A stretch of DNA of 64,000 nt from contig CAJINV010000007.1 in the NCBI GenBank assembly GCA_905178155.1, forward strand, positions 2,151,151 through 2,215,150, written 5' to 3'. This document shows, in pieces, positions 38,401 through 49,703 of the stretch. Numbering within the stretch: position 1 is the stretch's first letter; the number at the start of each line of letters is the position of its first letter. The DNA is from Amoebophrya sp. A120. Lineage: Eukaryota; Protista; Dinoflagellata. Position numbers and translations under genes: made by a program. The notes below the pieces were generated by a model, which had not been told where the DNA came from, searched no databases, and was given only the letters and a program-made list of their open reading frames with translations.

Positions 38401-39898
38401 GGGGGGCGTCTGCTGCTGCGGCGCTCGTACCAGTTACGCGTGGGGGCTCTTGTTGTAATATCACTGCGCCACTGGTGGTCGAGACAGAAACAGATGCAGG
38501 AGCGTTTGTGTCATCGCCGTTCGAGGTGTCTTGTCTATTTTGTGTTTGTTGAGCAGTACCAGTTTCTGCAGCAGCGCCGCCCTTGCTGGTGTGCTGCAGT
38601 TGCTCCTCTTGCTTCCCTCGTAGCGCAAAATTTTCCAGCTGTAAATCGCAAAACGACGTATGTAATTTGGCCGACAGCTTCTGCTCCTCCGTTAATCGGA
38701 CGGCAAAGTCTCGATTTTGTTGCCGCACCTGGTCAAGCTCGCTTTTCAACTTTTCCATTTGACCTGAAGTGTATGCAGAGGTAGAATCAACATAGCGAGT
38801 CATCCACATGAAGTCACGAAGACAGTTCTTGCATCTGCACCTGCGTAACAACTTACTTGAATGAGGGGACTGAATCAAAATGACAATAAATCTTCATCTA
38901 TGTACCATTCAACTTCGTTTCCCGATCTGTCATGGCAGTGAGTAGTTCCTTTTCAACGTCGTTGCTCTTCTCGGTCGACAGCAACGAGACTAATCGGTCC
39001 ATCAAAAACTGCACTCGCTTCTCCGTCTCTGCGTTCGTCTGTCTCAGGGTTTGCAGCTCCTGCTTCGTTTCCTTTTCGTCTTCCTGCAAACTATCGCAAA
39101 AACGCTGGAGCTTGGCCTGTACTAAGAAGTCGTATTTTTAGAGAGAAAAGTAGTGTGAAGAGCGGTTCTTGCAAGCGTTGTAGTGGAATGTAGTGTGACA
39201 GATAAATGGAATGTACTGTGGCAGACTTAGATGAAATAAGTAAACTAAAAATAGTCGCCCATGATCACGTGCTTGAAATCATGAAATCACAATAATACGT
39301 TTTCCGATTCGAACGTCTTGAGCTTCTCAGTCATGGCAAATCAAAGTCAGAAATTTCAGAGTCAGGCCGCCGAGTTCGTCATGCGGAGCGAGCGGCAACG
39401 GATTCATTGCGGGGTCGTGCACGAAAACGGTAAATTTTTACCTCCCTTATTTCCGGTTAAAGTTCTTGGATAGAGGTATCATAAAAATACTTGAGTTCGA
39501 TAAAGGCGCTGTGCATTTTTGGAAGAAGTTGTAGATTAACGCATGACGCTGACTACTTATGAAAATGATATGATCCCAGCATGACAACAAGTCCTCGACT
39601 TCGCTGACTCAAAATTCCGCTCCCCTATTGCCTTCTCCGTGGCCTCCCACTGGTCCATCTGCGCCTCCATGCTGCTAACGAAGTCCCGCTCTTTCGCCTC
39701 ATATTCGACGATCGATTTCTTGTACTTTTCTCGGGCCTGCTTCTCCTGTTGCAGCCGCCGCAACAGAAATTGCTCCCGCTGGTCGAGAAAGGCGGTTTCC
39801 TCGGGATTCAGCTGCGCCGTGCCGTTCGCCGACGTCGTTATCGATTTCAGAATGACGGCCTGGATTTCGTCGTCCCGGCTGCGGATCAGGTGGGCCAT
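35421..39898 (-). CDS. Coiled-coil, low-complexity protein with a GAS2/GAR-like microtubule-binding domain
   Basis: The N-terminal exons are coiled-coil. IRVGNGLYNFGDS...VVASSDG|GTSFLPIAEYL resembles the GAR consensus. The first intron (39117-39631) is probably GC-AG. Confidence 0.7.
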
Positions 39899-41258
39899 TT
39901 TGGTGGTAACTTGGTCGACGTGTGGTCCTCTTCGTGTAGTCTCCTGAAGGCTGATGTCCTTCTTGTGTGGAAGCTTCGACGTCGCTACTGGAAGTGTCAG
40001 GTCGGTGACTGCACTTCTAAAGCAATGAGTCAACTACACGTCAGCTGCAATTTCATTTCGTGACGTGCCGTCGTCCTGGTCAGGTACAACACGTGTCGAT
40101 ACATTTTCTTTTCAGAAGCATCTGTAGGACAAATCATATTTAGATTTTTATTTTTTTCTGTCTGCTTGTGAGGCGGTTATTGTTTAGATGAACTACGTAT
40201 AATACTTTACTTTTCACTATCACTCACGACCGCTGCAATAGACTTTGTTCGCACAGGCGAAGGACAGCGTACCAGGGCAAGGGTGGCGCAAGCTTATCCT
40301 TACGCAACAAGAGCCACACCTACCGTCCTAGGTTTTTGCGGTGAAAAGCCAGAAGCTCTCTTCCCGGTAAGGATTTACAACTGCTCGTCTACCTGCATTA
40401 GCATTAACATTTCACACTACGATTACAACACGACTACAGTTGCACCAACTTCCAGCACATCTACTACAGCCATCAGTCCTCCGCGATAGTGAAATTCACA
40501 TTCGGTATGGCAATATGATACGCGACAACTAAAAAAGAAAAAACGAATTCATCGTTGACCCCATAAAGATAGCATTAGCAGCACACGTGTCGATTTTGTG
40601 GCTCGTGCGCTATTTCTATTTGCCTCGACGTTTTTTGGCACCGCCGCGTCATTTCCGTCTCGCTGCCTGCTGCTTACCGCACCTCCTCAAAAACTATTAA
40701 ACGAAATGGAAGAAAAAACAGAACACCACGACCTTCCTGAGAATCAAGGCCATCTCGAAAGACGAGTTTCCTACTATTGAGTAGTAGTGGAACGACACTG
40801 ACGTTTTTTGCCTGTAGTTACTACAACCCACCTGCGCACCGTGGAGGCCAGAAATGAAGAAGCATCGCCCTTCTTTATCGTACAGTTGTGTTTGGCTTCA
40901 AGTTCAATTCAAATAATTATTGACCAAGCTATAACTACACCGTTTTTCTGTGCATTCTGCCATCGCATGCAGACGCGTTGTCGGCCGGTAGTACGACGAG
41001 TCATCGAAAGCTTACGGTGACGACAAAAGAGAAAAATCCAACATAGCTAACTGATTTTACAAAAAATATGAACTACAGGCTTCCTCGTTATCTTCTGTAG
41101 AAAAGTAAAATTTTGCAACACGTTTAGGATTACAGTTACGTTTCGGCTACCCCTAAGGTAGCTTTCTTGAATTTATATTGGTATTTAGTAAAATTTTGAT
41201 CGCGATCCATCTGCGTGCAGGGTTCTTCTTCAGGACACATCAACACAAATCGCCCCTT

Positions 41259-44200
41259 CTACCCCAGCCCCTGCGTTATGACGTCGAAAAACGAGACGAC
41301 AAACGCGACGGTCGTAAACGCCAGACAGAACTGCGCCACCTGCTGCATCCGCTCCCGGGAGATCCACTTGTGCGGCAGCCCCCAGTGCGCCTTGCTGCTC
41401 CGATCGTGGAGACTGGACCGCATCTCCAAGTACCCCTCTGCCTCGTTCGTCAAGTAGACCTCATTGTACTTGAGAAACACGATGAACGGCACGACAAAGT
41501 TCACAAACGTGCAGAACAGGAGAGACCCATAATTCAAAAAATCCTGCGTGCCCTCGCCGTGGTTCCAGGTTTGCAGGGGAATGGCCAGCGTCCAGGGGAG
41601 GGCGATGGCCCAAATATTCGCGACGAACGCGGTCTCGCAAAGCTGATTGTGCGGTTTGATTTTGCGCTTTGAGTAGAGGTGAATTCAACTTCGACCTGTT
41701 GATGAGGCAAGTTACTTGATGCCAGAAGCAGAACAAACACAATCCCATGTAGTGAGTCCGCAGCAACATACTACTATACCTCTTGCTCCAGCAGGTTGTA
41801 GCGACACACGATGCTGCAGAGCGGCACCCCGGTGAGCGCCGCGACCAGGGGAAAGGTGTAGCAGGTGAAGCGAACGAGAAACGAGTTTGTTCTGTGAATC
41901 ATCACAGTCAGGAAGTTCGCTTGCTCCGAAAGTAGGTGACCGAAGAAAGCGGCGCCGAGGATGCCGACCGTGAGGTAGATCACCGTACATATCCGGAGTA
42001 AAAACGTCCCCACGCCAGAGTTGTCATGCAGATTTGCAATGACAGGAACATTTGTAATGCGCATCGCCAGGAGAGGCATTTTTAGTCGTGTTTTGGAATT
42101 TGTAATGCTGTAAACAGGATGAGCAGATGGATTTCTGATGCAGCTGGCCTTGCGAACCTGCACTACACTACGGACTGCAACTTCTGATGCGTGACCCCCA
42201 AAAGTTCTAGGTTTGTGTTGCAAAGTCCCCATCTTGACTCCGGTGTGGGGATGTTTTTACTCAGGATAGTACAGAGCGACATGGAGAACTGATTTCAATA
42301 ATATTTGCTTCTTTATTTGGGCAAGAGAAACAGAAAGAGAAACACTCCACCGAAGGAGCGACGCAGCAAAAAAGGCTACAGCAAAGCCTCTGTTACTTTT
42401 GTTCGTGCTAGTAACTCATCGCATGCAACCCTGAACAAGCTTTCTGTTTCTGTTTCTTTCCTTCATCAAAAAAGTAAAGAATCTCCCACAAATCATACCC
42501 ACACACTCCTGCTGACAGACACTTCGGGGCTTTTCTCGTTGAGCCAGGAGGGGATGATCATGCACACAGCGAAGTTGGACAAGACCGTGCCCATTAGCTG
42601 CGAGTATTTGCCGTCGCCAAACGGATCCGTTTTGAAGTACGTCTCTACCTCGTGCACGTCGTTGGTCCCGACCGGCGGTGGCTTTGGTTTCGGCTTACTA
42701 TCTTCACTACTTGAAGATGGTGCAGCCGTGCGGCCCTTGTTTTGTGGTTCCTCGGCCGAAGGCGGAGCTGAAGACGAGGTGGAGGAGGCTTTCTGCGTCG
42801 TCTCGTCTTTATTCTCGTGCGCGGTGTGGGTCGTTTCTGTGCTAGTACTACCATGTCTATCTTGTTGTTCCCGACCTCTATTATCACTTCCCGTTCTTAC
42901 CGTTGCGTGTGCGTCACTTGACGTGCTGCTGGCGCTATCGCTGCCTGTCTTGGTTGTGTCTTTCGTACCTATACTTGGCTTTCCTGTCTCGGCCGAGCTT
43001 TTTGACGATGGGGAAGATGTTGGGCTTGCATCTGTTGTAGGACCTGAAGGTGCCGATTTGCTTGTCTTTGTGTCTTCATCTGACTTCTTTGCTGCTCGAC
43101 TAGTCATCTCTGAGGAATCGCCGGCCACCTGCGTCAACTCTGCTTGTGCTTGCTGCTCCTTTTTTCCCGCGTTACTACTTGAAGCATTGTCCACCTTTAC
43201 CTTTGGAGAGGGAGGTAGATCCCCCACTGGTGATACGATGTTCTCCGGTTTCCCTCCTGTAGCCTGTTCCACTAGCTCCAACTCTCCCGCTGGCCCAGCT
43301 GCTGCTGTTATTCCAGAAGCAGCTTCGGAAGTAAACCTCATTTCACTTACTGCGCCTGAGTCTTCTGATCTCGTCTGCAGTAACGAGAGCGGATGCTCAG
43401 GAAGAGTTCTACTTCTGGGGTCGTCATCTTCTGCATGCCTCATATCGCTGCCCGTTCTTGAGGGAGATGAGGCTAAAGGTGCTTCAAAAATGTCTGGATG
43501 CGTGGTTATTTTCCTGGTCTCATTCAGCATCGACATCACAGTCACCACCGCTGCTGTGCCCGCGGCTTTCACGGCGTCATGTGTGGTGCCAACTAATTGC
43601 TGCGATTTTTCTGTAGCTGCTGTCGCTAGGCTGCTTGCCGTTGCCCTCAATGCGGTTGTAGCGGCTGTTGCCGCAGCAGCTCTGGCGGCGTTCATGCTAC
43701 TGGTGGTGGACGTCGTTGCTGTACCCGCTGCAGCGCTAGTACCGACCATCACAGCTGATGTTGATGAGGAATTTTCTCCGATCCCACTCCCGTCTGTTCC
43801 GCCACAAAGTAAGTCGTAGACCCACAACGCGAAGGTGCAGAAGCAGAAGATGAACGTGACTACCTGCACCGGCACATTGTCCTCCATATTCACGATGGCC
43901 AGGGGCACGGCGAGCAGACAGCAAACCAAATACCCTTCCGTGATTGCGGGGGAAACAAAGGGGGTGTTGACCGGCTCCTGAATTTTTCCGGACAAGGAGT
44001 CCGTGTCCTTTTGGATGCAGTGCAAGCCGAACCCGTTGCTTAAGCCCGTCGCCACTCTACTCGAATCAATATCCGTTAGTGATGCGAAGTCCAGGGAGAA
44101 GCCGCAATTCCGGCCCGTCAACTCCAAGATCAGACCGTCGATCCCCTGCGCGGTTGTCACAATCGAGACTACGTTCAATGTCTGCAACGCGCCGAACAGC

Positions 44201-44973
44201 GTTATCGCGGTCACTTTGACGAACCAATTTGGATAGGGAATGAAGTTCTGCGTGCAGGAGATGAACTCCACGCGGCTGTTGAAGTACTCGTTCCCGGGGA
44301 CAAACCGAATGCACTCGCAGAGCCACACGGACGCTAGCCCGGATAACAACGAGAAGGCCAGCACGAGAAACCCGGGGATCAGCCAGCCGCCCTGGACGAA
44401 CACAAGCGGGATTTGGGCCAAACCCGCCCCGACCGTGGTGTTCACGATGATGGCGATGCCGCCCCACCACCCGATGTTTTTCGTCCCGAAAAGGAAGTGC
44501 GCGGAGGGGGTGATGGGCGTGATGTTTGTCTCTCGGGCGGAATCGAGAGACTCCCTACTCGCGGACCTGGCCCAGGATAACGATCGACCTAGAGGCTCCG
44601 AACGGTCGAAGGAAAAGGATCGTATACAAGAAAAAAACGGCTGTAGCTGTAGCTGTCGTGGGGGGACAGAGACGGCTTATCAAATTTGTAGTTCTGCATG
44701 ACAGAGAAATCCTGTCGTGGGGGGCGGCACCTAGCACGTGAAAACACGGACGAAATAAAGAGGAAACCGTGGCCGCTGGCCAACATGACAAATGTAACTG
44801 TGCTGTAGCATGCTTATTTGCCATGCAGCCTTACGCTACAGGTACAGCACGCAGTCTTTTTTTCTTGCGATAGATCGGGCGGGCCGGTTAATCTGCTCGG
44901 GGTAGGTGTCGATGGAGAGTTCTCGGGAAAGCCGCTCCCGCGAACCCGAGCCGGACGCGTTGCGTTTTAACAT
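41259..44973 (-). CDS. Amino-acid transporter (Aa_trans/AAAP family)
   Basis: Motifs IGWWGGIAIIVNTTVGAGLAQIPLVFVQGGW, RVEF, IIPSWLNEKSPEVSV and GVPLCSIVCRYNL. Exons 44973-44873, 44617-42499, 42288-42269, 41984-41780, 41643-41259. Confidence 0.9.
41990..42268. mobile_element. Introner family B, 279 bp
   Basis: TIR tatccggagtaaaaacgtccccacgccagagt and actccggtgtggggatgtttttactcaggata. Exact TSD gtaca at 41985-41989 and 42269-42273. Removal gives SMSLCTVIYLTVG. Confidence 0.92.
44623..44872. mobile_element. Introner family C, 250 bp
   Basis: Imperfect ~35-bp TIR tatacaagaaaaaaacggctg and cagtctttttttcttgcgata. Exact TSD gatcg at 44618-44622 and 44873-44877. Contains an in-frame TAG. Removal gives RPARSFSFDRSEP. 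Confidence 0.85.
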
Positions 44974-46378
44974 CTTTATTGCGGACTCCTCGTCTTTCTA
45001 ATTCGGACTCCTCGTCTATCTTATCGCAAGGTAGCACTACTACTAACCTACCTCAATTGGTCCGCGACCTAGTAAAAACGAATCTCGTGGTACTAGTTGT
45101 ACTGACAAGAGTGGCTGGGCCTCGGACTTCTTCTAGGCTCAGGAAGACGATCAGAATGGAAGCAGACTTTCTTTTTGGCAACCACAACATGGACAGAAGC
45201 CTGCGCCTGGTGGGCATTACCGATTTTTTATACGGTGCTTCTTTTCCCCGTCCCCGTTCCATTCACGATATCAATACCGAAGACGAATGATTGCTTTTTA
45301 TTGCGTTTAGGCCTCACAACGCTTTAGGTCGTGCTCCCCGAAGATCATGCACTGTGTCGCAGTTCATGCGGTTCATTATTTCCGCTTTTCACCAAGTGTT
45401 CACGATAAAGACACAGGATCTTTCTCATCCTTGGATAAGCCGTCCTAAAGATACGTACTCACTTGAGGAAGAGGACAAGGACTGAATTCGAACTTATAAA
45501 AGAACCGAGAATTATTGGCTATGATCTTGCCCCTCGCTGTCCTAGTTCTGTCCTACTTTTGCGGAAGAACTCGGGCGATAAAGAACAAGCATGGTGATCC
45601 GATTTCGTTGTTCGCCGGCTGCAGCAGGCAAAATCGGCCGTCAAGGTGACGCTCCACGATACAGCCCTGTATTGTTACAGAATCTAGGAATGCTCGCGAG
45701 TCTACGGTCGTTCGGTCTTTCAAGGTGAAGCCAGCAGGTGAGTGGTCCTCGTGCTGCTAGTTGTACCTGATCGTGTTCTATGATCATCAGACTGTAAGAA
45801 AGTTGGTATTAATCTAACAAATATCATCAACTAGTTCGTACAGAAAACATGTTTCACAAGATCATACACATAATCTCGTTCCAAATCATCAAGTGGACGT
45901 AAACTACATATTATAGTGCTGCTTCAATTCCATTACCATTGGGGTGAGCATCTATCATATCAGTTGCTTTTGTTATGCACAAAACCAAACGCAGGTTTCT
46001 TGCTGAGTAGAAGATCTTCGTGTCTACTGCTGTCCAAAATGTGTCAGATCCTGTCGCGCGTCAACCGCGACGCGCGACAGAATCTGACCCAACGCCTGCA
46101 GGTCCTCATACAGCATCTGGCCCTGGCGCAGCAGCGATCACAAGACAGGAGGTAGAAGTACAGCATGTATATCAACATCGTGATAGACGAAGCCGAGAGT
46201 CACTTGTTCTAGTGGATCAGGCTACTTCTGAGTCCTCTTTTTCGCACTGTCCCTACCAATTGACCTTCTCGATGATCATATTATGATCAACTATTTACGT
46301 CGTGAATAGTTGGTCACCACTCTTCTAGCATCTTCGACGCGCTCCGCCCGTTCTTACGTTCTCCAAAATCATTCACCT

Positions 46379-47628
46379 TCACGCCTGTTCCTCCCCAGCA
46401 AACGCTCGGGCCACGGCGGCTTCACAATGAATCAACGCCGTGTCGAACGGTGGCAAGGGGCTGTTCTCCAGGCTCAACAGCAACCCCACCTCCGTGCAAC
46501 CCAGAATCAAGCAGTCCGCGCCGTTTTCCTTCAGGCGTCCGGCGATCTCCTCGTATGCAGTTCTACTGTTGTCTTTGATGATGTTTTTGCACAGCTCCTC
46601 GAAGATGATCCGGTGGCACTCCTTGCGATCCTCCTCTCCCGGAATGAGCACTTCCAAGCCTTGGTTTTGCAGCCTGCTCTTGTAGAAGTCTTGCTCCATC
46701 GTGTAGGCCGTAGCCATCAAGCCAGGTTTTTGGAACCCAGCTTTTTTGATAGCGGAAGCGGTCGCGTCCGCGAGATGCAGGAAGCGGGCTTTGCCCTTAT
46801 TTTCATCTGATCGATGGTTTTGCGATTCGATGGCGTAAGTATGAGTGTCGGAGGACTCGTGTTGTTCGTCAATCGATGCCGCGTCGCCGCCTGCTCCTGC
46901 GTCCGAGGCGGCATCGGACGACCCTGGAGAGGAGAGAGAGGATTTCAGCTGATGGTCGCTGTTACGAGATCCTTTGTCCTGATTCAGCTTCGCCCCGGTG
47001 GCAGGCAGGAAGCTCTCACACTCTCCAAGTTTGCGCTCAATCGCTTCCGCACACTTGTCCTTGTGCATCGTGTTGGTCGCGAGAATCACAAACTCGGCGC
47101 CGCCGGCCCTGTAGAATTCCATTTCTTCGATTCGAGGTCTGATATCAGCATGTCACAAAAGAGGACACGCAAAAATTACAACGAATGTGTTGCTCCTACG
47201 TGCAACGAGACGCATCAACAAGAGGTAACGCATTATTATCTCGGGGCACTGTCAATGCCAACATTGCTCAGTGTCTATGTGCAATGCAATCTATGAAACT
47301 CAATGATGTATACAAAAGTCGGAAACAAGGTGCAAGCTCACCTTAACTCCGCGGCACAATCCGCCAGAATTTCGCCCGCTCTCGCCCAGTCGCCCTGCTT
47401 CTGCAATTCCTCGATTTCCGCGAAGTTCACCGAGCGGAGGATCAAATCACAGGACGTCAGCGGGTTCAGTCCCCGCTTCGCCGCGGTTTCCTGCGTCAAC
47501 CGGTTGAGCTCCATGTAGTAGGTCTTGGCCGAGGCATACGACATTCCACCGATAATCCCGATCCGAGACTGCTGCGGCTGCTGGTTGGGCAGCGGTGGAG
47601 GGCAGGACGATTTGTGATGCTGTGCCAT
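46379..47628 (-). CDS. PLP-independent aspartate/amino-acid racemase, YgeA/RacX-like
   Basis: Motifs IGIIGGMSYAS, LRSVNFAEIEELQKQGDW, ILATNTMH, LHLADAT, TAYTMEQDFY, IIFEELC, ILGCTE and FDTALIH. GT-AG intron 47109-47341. Confidence 0.95.
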
Positions 47629-48631
47629 TGTGATCACTCTGTCTCCACCTGCTTTCGGCGTGGTCGATTTTCGTCTTGAACAAGTTAGTAGCCCAGTGAA
47701 TGGTAGGTCAGAAATAAAATAGCGATCCGGGAAAAGTCAAAACGAAATTGTAAAAAAGAAAAAGGACGCCGACGCGAACAGAAATAGGTCGAGTCGGGAG
47801 AGCTGGATGCTAGCTAGTAGAGGAGGTCAAAAAAGTGTAGCAAAAAAAAGGAACAAGCTGTACAGCAGAGGCCAAAATCAAAGCTAGAAAGGCTGAAGTT
47901 CACACACTGGCTGCATGTAAAATCTTGAGCGACAGAGAAATGGAAATAGGAAATAGTCGACGGCGAGTTTTTTTTCAAAAACTTGGGCACTACGATAATG
48001 CTGATCCTCTTCACAACGACGACGTCGGGCGTTTTTTTAGATCATTTTCTAGATCGAACTCGAACAATGAGTGGTGGTGTTATAGTACTTGTTCCGGCAA
48101 TACTTATACTTGGAGGCGACAACTTCAGCTCGATCCGTTTCTCGTATGGCTAAGAAATACCGGGTGAAGAGGTAGCAAATCTGGCTTCACCTAGTCCACA
48201 GATGACGATAGCGTCGACCCTCGTCGACGCGGCCTGCCAAATTATGAATTTCAATTTCAATTCTAATTTTTTCAATATTATCACATAAAATATGTTGATC
48301 GCAAACGTGGCTTGGCCTTCATGCTGCTTTTGTCTTTCGGTAATCGATGCTCTTTTCCATCGTCTTTTTGCAATGCAAGTGTTTTTTTAATTTTAGGGGT
48401 CGCAACGGCCGCCGCGTGGCCAAAAGTTAAGCTAGAACATCTCATCGTTATCTGGGCTACTTCTAAAGCCAAATGGTGTGCCGCGGGTGTATGGATAGGT
48501 AGTAACGAGCGACAGGGATATCCATAGTCAACAACAATGAAGATGATATAAGTAAATATTTATAAGAACTTACCGGCGGGTTTCAAGCAGATCCCATGCG
48601 CATGCAGGTACCCCCGAGCAGTGCTAACTTT

Positions 48632-49081
48632 TTAACCCTTTTTGAAAACATACGTATCGACGGTGACCACCGAACTGCAATCGTGCCCCTTCGCTGGCGG
48701 CGTCGCAGTGCTCGTGCTGTGGTGCGTCAAAGTCCAACCAGCCGCTGCAATCCACTCCAGAAGGTGAAAAATGCAAGCCCGCTCCGGATCCTGGACGCTG
48801 TCTATGCTCAGCTTCAACAGAGTCGTTCGCCAGTGCCAGGTCTTCATGTCGTCCGGGGGCAAAACCTGGTCTGGCAGATGCATTCCGTACTTTCTCAGAA
48901 CTGCTTCTGCGATGGCGGCATTATAATCTTTCACGTACTTCTCCACATGACTCATGTATTTCTCCACGATATGCTCGCGCAATGCGGGCGGTAATTCGCC
49001 CAAAATCGCGTCTGCTCTTCGATCAATCGCGCGCGAGGTTTGGGAGCAATTGCTCTTCGTTTTGAGGACGGCGAAACTCAT
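48632..49081 (-). CDS. Hypothetical 149-aa intronless protein
   Basis: ATG-started ORF with globular-looking composition; no motif recognised. Confidence 0.5.
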   Translation of the reverse strand: MSFAVLKTKSNCSQTSRAIDRRADAILGELPPALREHIVEKYMSHVEKYVKDYNAAIAEAVLRKYGMHLPDQVLPPDDMKTWHWRTTLLKLSIDSVQDPERACIFHLLEWIAAAGWTLTHHSTSTATPPAKGHDCSSVVTVDTYVFKKG

Positions 49082-49703
49082 GTTGGAAAATTCAGGAAAG
49101 GCTTAAACAGGCGTTTCGTTATACAGTCGTCGGCGCTTCGTTATACAGGCAAGGCTTAAAAGCGAATTGCTAATATGTTATTGGGGAGCAGCCGGCGTTT
49201 TGCTTCTGGAGCGCGATGCTAAAAATGCTTCTTCGGACTTCGGGTGGTCGAGCGGTGGGCGTCTATCTGCCCCCCGACTCGGACTCGAAACTGAAGCCAC
49301 GCACTCGAAACTGAAGCCACACTACTGGTAGCTTCCGGCAAAAATATTGTCACTCAATTAAAGAGCGAAGACCGGTGTCGCTCTTGCTCTCGGACGACTT
49401 CGGTTCCACTACTTGTTCGTATAAGAGGTTTGCTTGTGGCCAAGCGGAATGAAGTTGAAGTTAAATCATGAACATGAAGAGCTTGTCAACATAGCCCTCT
49501 CGAAGCGTGAGAAGATCATCGATGGAACAAGACACTCGATAGAGAAATAGAAACTTCGACCGGCGATTTTCGTGGACGGACATCCATTTTCACGATGACC
49601 GGTACCGGACTAGTCAATCCATTAACTGATAATCATGAATTTCCTTTCGTGCTTTGTTCTGGATTCGGATTCTTTCTGTCCACAAGCACGATGAAAGAAT
49701 AAC

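Noticed and set aside
42305-43819. 504-aa plus-strand ORF (and other plus-strand ORFs)
   Set aside because: Antisense shadow of a minus-strand gene, with no recognisable motifs.
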